DNA from: Patescibacteria group bacterium
GTDB taxonomy: Bacteria > Patescibacteriota > Minisyncoccia > Phycocordibacterales > UBA9973
Length of the DNA stretch: 64,000 bases
Direction: 5' to 3'
Assembly (NCBI GenBank): GCA_028868715.1
Contig: JAGWUB010000002.1
Location: forward strand, 211,388-275,387
Part shown: in pieces, positions 37,163-45,764 of the stretch
How the letters are laid out: the number at the start of each line of letters is the position of its first letter
Position numbering within the stretch: the first letter of the stretch is position 1
Notes under the pieces: generated by a model
Told to the model about the DNA's origin: nothing
Seen by the model: only the letters and a program-made list of their open reading frames with translations
Databases searched by the model: none
Translations under genes and position numbers: made by a program

Positions 37163-38809
37163 TTACTTCTTAGCAGCACAAGCTTTGATAAAAGCTGTAA
37201 AAAGCGGGTGTGGATTGAGTGGATGTGCCAAAAATTCTGGATGAAATTGAGTGCCTAAGAAAAATGGGTGTTTAGATTTTGGTAATTCGGCTATTTCCAT
37301 CAAATGTCCATCTGGAGAACGCCCAGAAAAAATGAGCCCAGCAGCCTCCAAGTCTCCTATAAATGATGGGTTCACCTCGTAGCGATGTCGGTGTCGTTCT
37401 ACTATTTGTTTTTTACCGTAGCTCTTCTCAGCCACAGTCCCTGAGCGAAGAATAGCTTTGTACTCTCCGAGACGCATAGATCCTCCATAGGAATTATTTT
37501 TTAAAATTTCTTTTTGAGATTCCATCACGTCTATGACTATGTTTTTTGAATGAGGGTTCACTTCTCTGGTATTGGCATCCTTGAGCCCTAAAACGTTCCG
37601 CGCATATTCTATCACCATCATTTGCATGCCGTAGCACAATCCAAAATATGGAATTTTATTTTTACGGGCAAACTCTACCGCGCGCAATTTCCCTTCTACG
37701 CCCCTACTGCCAAAACCGCCTGGAACAATAATTCCGTCATATTTTTTTAAATCTTTCAGTTTTGCAGGATTTTTTTCAAAATCAACCGAGTTCAACCAAG
37801 AAATAATTGGTTTTTTGTTTTGTGAATAAGAGGAGTATTTTATCGCTTCAATTACCGACAAATAAGAATCAGACAAGATAAAATCTCCGGTTTCAAAATA
37901 TTTACCAATCATCGCTATTTTTACTGTTTCCTTGCCATTGTGTGCATGTTTGGCAAAATTTTTCCAAGCGTTCCAAGCCTTGGTATCAGGTTTTTTACAC
38001 ACGACGCCCATTAGTTCGCAAAGTTTGTCGGAAAGCTTTTCTTTTTCAAAATTTAGCGGTATATCATAAATACTATCCACGTCTGGCGCAGAAATCACTC
38101 GGTCAGGTGGAACACTGCAAAACATAGAGATCTTTTCTTTTCTTTTTTCATCTAGGCGGACATCACTGCGAGCAATAATAAAATCAGCTTGCACGCCAGA
38201 ATTGTTTAATAGTCGTGCTGCGTGTTGAGTGGGCTTTGTTTTCATCTCTCCAATCTTTGAAGGTGTCGGCAAATAAGAAACCATAATGAAAAACACATCC
38301 TTTGGAGATTCCGTTTTCATCATTCTAGCAGCTTCCAAGAATAAAATATTTTCGTATTCTCCAGCTGTACCCCCAACTTCGATAATGACCACATCTGCTT
38401 TGGCCACCGCTCCAGCCTTTTTTATTCTGTCTATAACTTCGAGTGGAATATCGGGGACGACTTGCACACACTTGCCTTTGTATTCTAAGTTTCGTTCTTT
38501 TTCTATGACGGTCTTATACACTCGGCCGGTAGTCATGTAATTGCCCTTAGTTAAATTTAAATCCAAGAAACGTTCATAGTTTCCCATGTCCTGATCTGTC
38601 TCATCACCATCAGACAGCACAAAGACTTCACCATGTTCTACCGGATTCATGGTTCCAGCGTCCACATTGATATACGGATCAATCTTCATGGCCGTGACAG
38701 CAAGCCCACGATTTTTTAAAATAAGTCCGAGAGAGGAGGCAGTAATTCCTTTCCCTACTCCGGAAATAACTCCACCTACCACAAAGATATATTTAGTTTC
38801 TTTATTCAT
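37163..38809 (-). CDS. pyrG: CTP synthase
   Basis: N-terminal synthetase domain (VVGGVISGVGKGI) and C-terminal class-I glutamine amidotransferase (GLCYGMQ). Confidence 0.95.
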   Translation of the reverse strand: MNKETKYIFVVGGVISGVGKGITASSLGLILKNRGLAVTAMKIDPYINVDAGTMNPVEHGEVFVLSDGDETDQDMGNYERFLDLNLTKGNYMTTGRVYKTVIEKERNLEYKGKCVQVVPDIPLEVIDRIKKAGAVAKADVVIIEVGGTAGEYENILFLEAARMMKTESPKDVFFIMVSYLPTPSKIGEMKTKPTQHAARLLNNSGVQADFIIARSDVRLDEKRKEKISMFCSVPPDRVISAPDVDSIYDIPLNFEKEKLSDKLCELMGVVCKKPDTKAWNAWKNFAKHAHNGKETVKIAMIGKYFETGDFILSDSYLSVIEAIKYSSYSQNKKPIISWLNSVDFEKNPAKLKDLKKYDGIIVPGGFGSRGVEGKLRAVEFARKNKIPYFGLCYGMQMMVIEYARNVLGLKDANTREVNPHSKNIVIDVMESQKEILKNNSYGGSMRLGEYKAILRSGTVAEKSYGKKQIVERHRHRYEVNPSFIGDLEAAGLIFSGRSPDGHLMEIAELPKSKHPFFLGTQFHPEFLAHPLNPHPLFTAFIKACAAKK

Positions 38810-38826
38810 TGGGACTTTTTGCTATT

Positions 38827-39744
38827 CTATTTATTTAAATATCTTCTAATTGCCAAGAAGCTGGAAACAATACCGAGGAACACCCCAAACAGTAAATTGA
38901 TTACAAAAATTTGAAATATGTTTGAAATATAATAATCGTAGATATTAAATCCAAAGAAGTTGGTCATATTTCTACCGAGCCAAAACGTGACTGGCCAAAA
39001 TAGGATCAAGGTCGCGAACGTAGCAATAATACCATAAATTACCCCTTCCACCATAAAGGGACCTCGCACGTACATTTTAGAGGCTCCGACTAGACGCATG
39101 ACACCTATTTCGTCTCTGGAAATAAAGATAGCCAGCCTAATAGTATTGAAAGTAATAATAATGGAAATAATCACCAAAATCAGAGTAATGAGAAAGCCCA
39201 ATTCGTGCGCCCCAGCAATTAGAGAGTTCAGTCTATCTATCACAAGTTTATTTTGGTTATAATTTATCTTGTCTATGATATTCGTATAATCCGACATCAC
39301 TGGGTTGTCTCCTTTGATAAAATTAGCTATTCCCTCATATTGAGAAATGTCTTTGGCTTTAATATTTAGATAAGCGCCGAGTGGATTTGTTCCTAATTCG
39401 TCGAGAGCAGCAATCGTAGGGTAATCGTTTTCATGGCGGGAGCGGAAAAGGTCTAGCGCCTGCTTGTCGCTCGTATACGAAACATCGGCTACTTCGGGCA
39501 ACTTCACAAGGGCATCTTTTAACGATAGTATCTTATCTTCGGGGGCGCCGACATTGAAGTAGATAGTTATATCAACTTTATCTTTGATATTATTTAACGA
39601 GAAATAAAGTACTGACTGTAAGATAATAATGGTGGTAACAAAAGAAAGAGTGATGGTTACTATCAATACTGCTGCAAAAGAAATCAAGCCACTTCGCTTA
39701 AAGTTTAAAAATCCGGCTTTGATAATTCTTTTTAATTCAGTCAT
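38827..39744 (-). CDS. ftsX: cell-division ABC transporter permease FtsX
   Basis: FtsX topology: TM, large extracytoplasmic loop, 3 C-terminal TMs. Immediately downstream of ftsE. Confidence 0.85.
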   Translation of the reverse strand: MTELKRIIKAGFLNFKRSGLISFAAVLIVTITLSFVTTIIILQSVLYFSLNNIKDKVDITIYFNVGAPEDKILSLKDALVKLPEVADVSYTSDKQALDLFRSRHENDYPTIAALDELGTNPLGAYLNIKAKDISQYEGIANFIKGDNPVMSDYTNIIDKINYNQNKLVIDRLNSLIAGAHELGFLITLILVIISIIITFNTIRLAIFISRDEIGVMRLVGASKMYVRGPFMVEGVIYGIIATFATLILFWPVTFWLGRNMTNFFGFNIYDYYISNIFQIFVINLLFGVFLGIVSSFLAIRRYLNK

Positions 39745-39771
39745 GAATATAGTAGCGATTATAGCACAAAC

Positions 39772-40443
39772 CTATTTTCCACCTTTGCTATCCCTGATAA
39801 TCTTGCCTTTTTCCATTGTGATTACTCTTTTGTTTACAGACTCAATCACTTTAGGGTTGTGGGTTGTCAAAATAATAGTGGTACCAAGGTCATTGATTTT
39901 TTTTAAAATTTGAATTATTTCAAAAGTGTTAGTGGGGTCCAAATTTCCCGTAGGCTCATCGGCAATAATTAGTTCTGGTTGATTGATGATGGCTCTGGCG
40001 ATGGCTAGGCGTTGTTGTTCGCCACCTGAGAGCTGGTGTGGAAAGTGAAAAACTTTATCGCTTAAATTAACCAATTCCAGCACGTGCGGAACATCGCTTT
40101 CTATTTCTTCGTCGGTTTTACCTAGAGCCTCCATAGCAAAAGCGATATTTTCGTAACTTGTTTTATTAGATAAGAGTCTAAAATCCTGAAAAACGACCCC
40201 CATTCTCCTGCGCAATTGAGTTAAGTCTTTATTATTTAATGTATGTATATCGGTAGATTCAAAAAAAACGGTACCGAGGGTAGGATTATCATCTACTAAA
40301 ATCATTTTAGCCAAGGTAGTCTTGCCAGCGCCGGAATGACCAACGATGGATACAAATTCTCCCGTGTCTATAGTCAAAGTGACATCATCTAATGCCACCG
40401 AATCATCCTTATATAATTTTGAAACATTATTGAAATAAATCAC
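39772..40443 (-). CDS. ftsE: cell-division ABC transporter ATPase FtsE
   Basis: Walker A GHSGAGKTT, signature LSGGEQQR, Walker B IIADEPTGNLD. 223 aa. Confidence 0.9.
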   Translation of the reverse strand: MIYFNNVSKLYKDDSVALDDVTLTIDTGEFVSIVGHSGAGKTTLAKMILVDDNPTLGTVFFESTDIHTLNNKDLTQLRRRMGVVFQDFRLLSNKTSYENIAFAMEALGKTDEEIESDVPHVLELVNLSDKVFHFPHQLSGGEQQRLAIARAIINQPELIIADEPTGNLDPTNTFEIIQILKKINDLGTTIILTTHNPKVIESVNKRVITMEKGKIIRDSKGGK

Positions 40444-40455
40444 CTTTTTATCTTA

Positions 40456-41340
40456 TCACAAATTTAACTCCCCATCAATAAAACTATCTATCTCGCCACT
40501 TAAAACAGCGTCTATGTTTGATGTTTCCACACCAGTGCGGTGGTCTTTGACCATTTTATAGGGATGCAGCACATAGGAACGGATCTGGCTCCCCCATTCT
40601 ATCTCGGTATTTTTCATTTTCATACTCTCCTCTACGCTTTTTTTGTCTTTTTCCGCCTGTTTAAATATTTTGGCACGTAAAATAGCCAGAGCTTGCTCAC
40701 GATTTTGCTCCTGTGAGCGTTCTTTGGAAGCAGAAACACTCAGGCCAGTAGGGATATGGACAATGCGAACAGCTGTTTCTCTTTTATTAACATTTTGTCC
40801 ACCGGGGCCGCTACTTTTGGAAAATTCTATTTTTAAATCATTTTCGGGGATTACAATATCCTTTTCTTGAAGCTTGGAAAACTTAGGTAAAACTTCGACT
40901 AAAGAAAAAGACGTGTGCCTCAATTTTTTTGCATTAAAGGGTGAGATGCGCACTAGGCGGTGTACCCCAGATTCGTTTTTTAAATTCCCATAGGCTCCAG
41001 TGCCGGAAATTTCAATTGTTATACTGCGGTATCCTCCATGATCATTTTTGTGCTCGTGAATCAAGGAAGTTGACCAGCCTTTTTTCTTGGCATATTTTTC
41101 GTACATGGAAAGAAGCATAGCCGAAAAATCTTCCGCATCATCGCCTCCAGCTCCGGAAATTATTGAGAGTATGGCACTACCTTTATCGTATTTACCAATG
41201 CCGCTTTTTTTGTCTCTTAGTTCTGCCAGTTCTTTTAAAACTTCTTGGGCTTTATTTTTATCATTCCAAAAATCTGGCTGTGACATTGCCACCTCCAGCT
41301 CATTTATTCTTTCCTGTATATCTTTTGCACCTTCAGCCAT
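40456..41340 (-). CDS. prfB: peptide chain release factor 2 (short N-terminus, no frameshift site evident)
   Basis: SPF tripeptide (RF2 stop-codon recognition) and GGQ (SGPGGQNVNK). 294 aa; the alignment starts at about residue 25-30 of E. coli RF2. Confidence 0.85.
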   Translation of the reverse strand: MAEGAKDIQERINELEVAMSQPDFWNDKNKAQEVLKELAELRDKKSGIGKYDKGSAILSIISGAGGDDAEDFSAMLLSMYEKYAKKKGWSTSLIHEHKNDHGGYRSITIEISGTGAYGNLKNESGVHRLVRISPFNAKKLRHTSFSLVEVLPKFSKLQEKDIVIPENDLKIEFSKSSGPGGQNVNKRETAVRIVHIPTGLSVSASKERSQEQNREQALAILRAKIFKQAEKDKKSVEESMKMKNTEIEWGSQIRSYVLHPYKMVKDHRTGVETSNIDAVLSGEIDSFIDGELNL

Positions 41341-41362
41341 GTTTTCAGTATAGCAAATAAAA

Positions 41363-41393
41363 GATGGGTCGACATTTCTGTCGACCCGATTTT
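41363..41393 (-). terminator. rho-independent terminator (perfect 9-bp-stem palindrome GGGTCGACA-nnnn-TGTCGACCC)
   Basis: On the minus strand the hairpin is followed by a T-rich tract, immediately after the 41413-41670 gene and before the prfB promoter (TATACT). Confidence 0.6.
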
Positions 41394-41412
41394 GAGAATC
41401 AAAGACTCTCGA

Positions 41413-41670
41413 TTAGTTATTAACTCTATACACATGAACTGTAAGGTTTCCGTCCTTGTGATAGTGCCTAGCTCGAAGAGTGTATGCTCCAATTTTCTCC
41501 GAGCTCGAAGTACAATAATGTGTGTTCGGGAATAATTCCCGAGAATATAGTTGGCTCAAACCAAAGGAATCTACCCTCTTCTCTGAGCCAACAACAATAA
41601 ATTGTGTGTTCTCGTCAGGCGAGAAGAAAGTTTTGACTGCTATCATTTGAGCCTCCTTTTGAAACAACAT
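41413..41670 (-). CDS. hypothetical protein
   Basis: 85 aa ORF with its own terminator. No family assigned. Confidence 0.4.
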   Translation of the reverse strand: MLFQKEAQMIAVKTFFSPDENTQFIVVGSEKRVDSFGLSQLYSRELFPNTHYCTSSSEKIGAYTLRARHYHKDGNLTVHVYRVNN

Positions 41671-41744
41671 TGGTATCCTGAATCTTTATTAAGAATATCT
41701 GTATTATCATTTATTGTGAAGTTTTTTAACATCCATCGGGTAAT

Positions 41745-42443
41745 TTGAACTTTTTGTTAAATCTGTTAGAATTTAGAAACATGATCAAAATACAGCCAAT
41801 TGTCAGAGAGATAGTCCTCAGTGAAGTAGAGGCTTGTTTTGCGCTTACCAATGGCTATATGAATATGAGTAGCTATGCTTACCAAATACGGCCAAGAGTA
41901 GAAGCTTTGACCAAGAAAAAGGTCACTATTGCGAGCCTTGTGGTTTCCCTCTCCCGTCTGCGCAAGGAATTTAGAAAAGAACGCCCACTCGTCCATGACG
42001 TGGTTATAAAAAACATAACTACCAAGCTCCCAATTTCAGAAATAATTTACGAAAACAATGCAAAGTTTATCAAAGATCTCGAATCACTCCATCGAAAACT
42101 AGAGCTTTCGCAAGACGATTTATTTACCACCACCATCGGCATGGCTGAACTAGATATAATTTGTTCATCAAATATTGAGAAAAAAATTCTGAAACATTTT
42201 CGGTCAAAACCAATTGTGGTAAATCGCAAACTAGCGGCCATAGGCGTGTCTTTTGGCAAGGAAGTGTTTGATACTCCAAATGTATTTTTCTCATTACTCT
42301 CTGTCACTGCTCGAGCTAGAATAAATCTGGAAGAACTAATTTCCACTCCGACCGAGCTCGTATTTATTGTGGCTGAAAAAGATTTCGGCAAAACTGTTGC
42401 TTTGTTTTCAGAACTACATAGAAAGACAAATGTAAAAGATTGA
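41745..42443 (+). CDS. ACT-domain-like regulatory protein, hypothetical
   Basis: Two beta-alpha-beta-beta-alpha-beta-like segments (e.g. VFFSLLSVTARARINLEEL...LVFIVAEKD). The start may be the internal MIKIQP. Confidence 0.4.
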   Translation: MNFLLNLLEFRNMIKIQPIVREIVLSEVEACFALTNGYMNMSSYAYQIRPRVEALTKKKVTIASLVVSLSRLRKEFRKERPLVHDVVIKNITTKLPISEIIYENNAKFIKDLESLHRKLELSQDDLFTTTIGMAELDIICSSNIEKKILKHFRSKPIVVNRKLAAIGVSFGKEVFDTPNVFFSLLSVTARARINLEELISTPTELVFIVAEKDFGKTVALFSELHRKTNVKD

Positions 42444-42515
42444 GCCGATGGACAGGATTGAACTGTCGACCCCCGCTTTACGAAAGCGGTGCTCTACCAA
42501 CTGAGCTACATCGGC
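42443..42515 (-). tRNA. tRNA-Thr (anticodon CGU)
   Basis: GCCGATGTAGCTCAGTTGGTAGAGCACCGCTTTCGTAAAGCGGGGGTCGACAGTTCAATCCTGTCCATCGGCT. Anticodon loop TTCGTAA. Confidence 0.85.
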
Positions 42516-42522
42516 TTACTAG

Positions 42523-42594
42523 AGCCGTTGGTGGGGATCGGACCCACGCTCTCCATATTACCAATATGGTGCTTTACCACTAAGCTACAACGGC
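42523..42594 (-). tRNA. tRNA-Thr (anticodon GGU)
   Basis: GCCGTTGTAGCTTAGTGGTAAAGCACCATATTGGTAATATGGAGAGCGTGGGTCCGATCCCCACCAACGGCT. Anticodon loop TTGGTAA. Confidence 0.85.
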
Positions 42595-42639
42595 TAAACA
42601 CCTAAACATAGTAGTTTATTTTAGTCTTTTTTGCAAAAA

Positions 42640-43125
42640 TTATTTATTGAGTTCCTCCTCCGCTCGTTCTGCTAAATCAAGCATAGTTGCTATTTCTTGT
42701 GGAGTAAGTTTTCTTGGCTTAGTATCTTTGACACAAAAAACACCGATTGGTTGATGTGTCGGACGATCAAAAAGAGCAATTCCCGCATAGAACCTGATAA
42801 AGGGAGAGCCGACTACCATTGGATTATCTGCAAAACGTGGATCCAGTAAAGTATCTTCAACCATAAAAATGTGCGTAGCGAGTAATGCGTGTCCACAAAA
42901 TGAAGCCGCCCTGTCTCCTTCCTTTTTATCAAAACCTACACACGACTTGAACCATTCTCTATTAGAATCTAAAATAGTAACCATAGAGATAGGGACATGC
43001 AACTTTTCTACTGCTTCTCTGGTCAAAACATCAAACCGTTCTTCCGGCTTGGTGTCTAAGATAGCCAACCGATGCAGGGCTTCCAATCTTTTGTTTTCAT
43101 CTGCTGGTATGGGTGCTCTTTGCAT
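42640..43125 (-). CDS. GAF-domain protein
   Basis: 161 aa stand-alone GAF pattern (LAILDTKPEERFDVLTREA...FCGHAL...VEDTLLDPRFADNP). Confidence 0.75.
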   Translation of the reverse strand: MQRAPIPADENKRLEALHRLAILDTKPEERFDVLTREAVEKLHVPISMVTILDSNREWFKSCVGFDKKEGDRAASFCGHALLATHIFMVEDTLLDPRFADNPMVVGSPFIRFYAGIALFDRPTHQPIGVFCVKDTKPRKLTPQEIATMLDLAERAEEELNK

Positions 43126-43187
43126 ATATTAATTGTACACCCAAAAAACAAGAATCAACTTTTCCTGTGCATAACTTTTTAGTCTCC

Positions 43188-44258
43188 TTATTTTTTATTA
43201 TTAATGTAATTATATATAATACTGGAAATGTCTTTAATAATAGAGGCTAATTTCTGTTCATCCAAGTGCCCATCACCACTATAAGAACCTTTTACGTTTA
43301 TACATACTTCATAAGGATTATTTGGAAAATATACAATACCACAATTACTTAACTCTATATTTTTTATATTTTGATGTAATGCGTCAGTATCAACATATTC
43401 ACCATATTTTTGCGCAACATTTACACCAGTTGGAACACCAGCAGAAATACCATCATGAAAAGTAGATTTATTCATTATTGAAAGAGCTTTTTCTGAATTG
43501 ATTTCTGATAAATATGTAGAATTATATAAAATTCTTAAAAAATCAGAGTATTGTGTAGTGGAAATAGTAAAATCAGTCGTTGCGTCTGGATTTTTAATAT
43601 TAAAATCATTAAAAACATCGTCCAGAATTTTATGATTGATATATTTTAATAATAAATCGTTAGCCCCATTATCAGAATCTTTTATCATTGTTTGTATAAG
43701 TTGATCTACTGTATAGCTTTGACCAACTACTAAATTAGAATTTTGTCCATAATTAAGAACAGAAATTTGTTTATTAATATCATCAGAATAAATTAAATTT
43801 TGCTGTAAAATAGAAGGATCTAATTGAGCTTCACGGAAATATGCCATCATAACTAACACTTTCATCATACTACCAGGATGAAATTGAACGTCAGCATTAA
43901 CACCAGCCCATTTATTATTTAAAAAATTTCTATAAAAGACACTAATATTATTGATAGTATTATTTTGATATTGATTTTGTACATAAGTATTAATTTGTTG
44001 TTCTAAATCCTTATCTTCCATTAAATAGCGAGCATTTCCAAACTTGTAGCCAAGTAGAGGATAGATAAATTGATAATTAAAATTATTTTCACGAACAGGA
44101 ACTATTCCAGATACTATATCCTGGGTCCATTTAAAATTTCTAATAAAACTAACATAATAACCCACACCAAATGCAAAGATAAATATGCATAAGCATATTA
44201 AAATAATTTTAATTTTTGATACTTTAAAAAAGTTGTTCTTTCCTGCGAAATTGCTCAT
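43188..44258 (-). CDS. membrane-anchored class-A beta-lactamase-like serine hydrolase (PBP/transpeptidase-fold)
   Basis: SMMK (SxxK) and SDN (KDSDNGANDLL) motifs. I chose the start at MSNFAGK (44258) to avoid a 55-nt overlap with the upstream gene; the track ORF extends to 44330. Confidence 0.6.
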   Translation of the reverse strand: MSNFAGKNNFFKVSKIKIILICLCIFIFAFGVGYYVSFIRNFKWTQDIVSGIVPVRENNFNYQFIYPLLGYKFGNARYLMEDKDLEQQINTYVQNQYQNNTINNISVFYRNFLNNKWAGVNADVQFHPGSMMKVLVMMAYFREAQLDPSILQQNLIYSDDINKQISVLNYGQNSNLVVGQSYTVDQLIQTMIKDSDNGANDLLLKYINHKILDDVFNDFNIKNPDATTDFTISTTQYSDFLRILYNSTYLSEINSEKALSIMNKSTFHDGISAGVPTGVNVAQKYGEYVDTDALHQNIKNIELSNCGIVYFPNNPYEVCINVKGSYSGDGHLDEQKLASIIKDISSIIYNYINNKK

Positions 44259-44275
44259 ATAAAAATTTATAGACC

Positions 44276-44836
44276 CTACCCTATTAGCTTCATCATTTCT
44301 CGAGTAAATGCCCATATGTCCATGGGCCAACGTGAGGTGACTAGGTTGCCATCTACTACCACATCTTTATCTTCCCAAATACCTCCAGCTTTTTTAATAT
44401 CTTCCGGAACACCATCATGCCAAAAAGAAGTGAGATGTCTTCCTTTAATAACGTCCGCAGATGCTAGGGTCCATGGACCGTGGCAAATAGAGGCAACTGG
44501 CTTATTCTTTTCAAAAAATGATTTAGTTATATCTAGAGCTTTTTTAATTTTACGAACCGTGTGTGGAGCTCCATCAGGGAATCCTCCGGGAATGAGTAGG
44601 AGGTCATATTTATCTGGGTCAACATCATCTATTTTAATTGTTGCTTCTATCGGATAACCGTGCTCGCCAAAAATCGTTTCTACTTTGGGAGCAGCTATGT
44701 CTACCTGCCAGCCAGCTTCGAGTAAACGATACACTGGAATATATACTTCCATGTCTTCAAATTTATTTGCAGTTAAAACGACAGCTTTTTTGGTCGCATT
44801 ATTTGGTTGTACTACTTCTCCAAATGGCATAATCAT
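44276..44836 (-). CDS. DJ-1/PfpI-family protein (class-I glutamine amidotransferase-like; protease/glyoxalase III)
   Basis: Nucleophile elbow SICHGP; 186 aa. Confidence 0.85.
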   Translation of the reverse strand: MIMPFGEVVQPNNATKKAVVLTANKFEDMEVYIPVYRLLEAGWQVDIAAPKVETIFGEHGYPIEATIKIDDVDPDKYDLLLIPGGFPDGAPHTVRKIKKALDITKSFFEKNKPVASICHGPWTLASADVIKGRHLTSFWHDGVPEDIKKAGGIWEDKDVVVDGNLVTSRWPMDIWAFTREMMKLIG

Positions 44837-44914
44837 TATTATAGCAATTCTAAATTTTAAAAATCAAGGATTAAAAATTCCTATAAAATTTAGCTATATT
44901 GTATGGTTACAAAG

Positions 44915-45316
44915 TTATTCTGTCGTAACTCCGTCAAATTCTTCTTTTATAGATTCGGCGTCTTTTTTGGTCTCTCGAACAATGCCATCTTTGTGGTGGG
45001 CTGGAGAATAAATTGTATATAGTTTCAAATCTTCGTTATCAGAAGTATTTATAATATTGTGCTTTGAACCTGCGGGAATAATTACTACGTCACCAGCACT
45101 GATGGAGTATTCTGTCTCATTAATCATGACTTTACCCTGACCCTTTTCAAATCTAAAAAATTGATCATTTCTATGATGTGTTTCTAGTCCAATTTCTTCT
45201 AATGGCCTTAGCGACATCAACACCAACTGCATATGCCCTCCAGTGTACAAAACTTTTCTAAAGTAAGTATTTTCTATAGCTAAATCCTCTATGTTTTCTT
45301 TATATCCTTTCTTCAT
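44915..45316 (-). CDS. cupin-domain protein
   Basis: Two cupin motifs (GGHMQLV...H / G..VIIPAGSKHN). Confidence 0.7.
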   Translation of the reverse strand: MKKGYKENIEDLAIENTYFRKVLYTGGHMQLVLMSLRPLEEIGLETHHRNDQFFRFEKGQGKVMINETEYSISAGDVVIIPAGSKHNIINTSDNEDLKLYTIYSPAHHKDGIVRETKKDAESIKEEFDGVTTE

Positions 45317-45384
45317 ATATATAATTTATTTCCTACCCCTTAAGCCGTCCTTCGCTTAAAATTATTACATTCACATATATGATG

Positions 45385-45458
45385 CGCGATCGACCGGACT
45401 TGAACCGGCAACCTCTTCCGTGACAGGGAAGCGCTCTAACCAGTTGAGCTACGACCGC
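45385..45458 (-). tRNA. tRNA-Asp (anticodon GUC)
   Basis: GCGGTCGTAGCTCAACTGGTTAGAGCGCTTCCCTGTCACGGAAGAGGTTGCCGGTTCAAGTCCGGTCGATCGCG. Anticodon loop CTGTCAC. Confidence 0.85.
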
Positions 45459-45537
45459 ATAGTTACTTACCTTATAAACTATCTCAAAAACAACACTTTT
45501 ACACAAAACAGCGCATGCGCTCGCTATATTCTTATCT

Positions 45538-45562
45538 GAGTTGAGCTACGACCGCATAGCCC
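45538..45562. repeat. duplicated 5' fragment of tRNA-Asp (pseudo-tRNA remnant)
   Basis: AGTTGAGCTACGACCGCATAG occurs at 45442-45462 (tRNA 5' end plus 4-nt leader) and again at 45541-45561. Confidence 0.6.
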
Positions 45563-45609
45563 TTATTATACATAAAATTGCACAATTTAAAAGAGTTGTT
45601 TATTTTTTG

Positions 45610-45683
45610 TGTCGGCGGGAGGAATCGAACCTCCGACCTTGGGCTTATGAGTCCCACGCTCTAACCGTCTGAGCTACGCCGAC
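45610..45683 (-). tRNA. tRNA-Met elongator (anticodon CAU; tRNA-Ile2 not excluded)
   Basis: GTCGGCGTAGCTCAGACGGTTAGAGCGTGGGACTCATAAGCCCAAGGTCGGAGGTTCGATTCCTCCCGCCGACA. Loop CTCATAA. G1-C72 and A31/G39 argue against an initiator. Confidence 0.75.
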
Positions 45684-45764
45684 ATACAAATAGGCAAAAG
45701 TATTTTCGCTCTTTTACTATAACAGTTTTAGGTAAAAATTCAAATTTTCTGTTATTATTAAAAC

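Noticed and set aside
41340-41560. Search for an RF2 programmed +1 frameshift and upstream short ORF
   Set aside because: No CUU UGA C motif, no in-frame extension. The region instead contains a terminator palindrome and a promoter. The 62-aa ORF at 41304-41492 has no RF2-like sequence.
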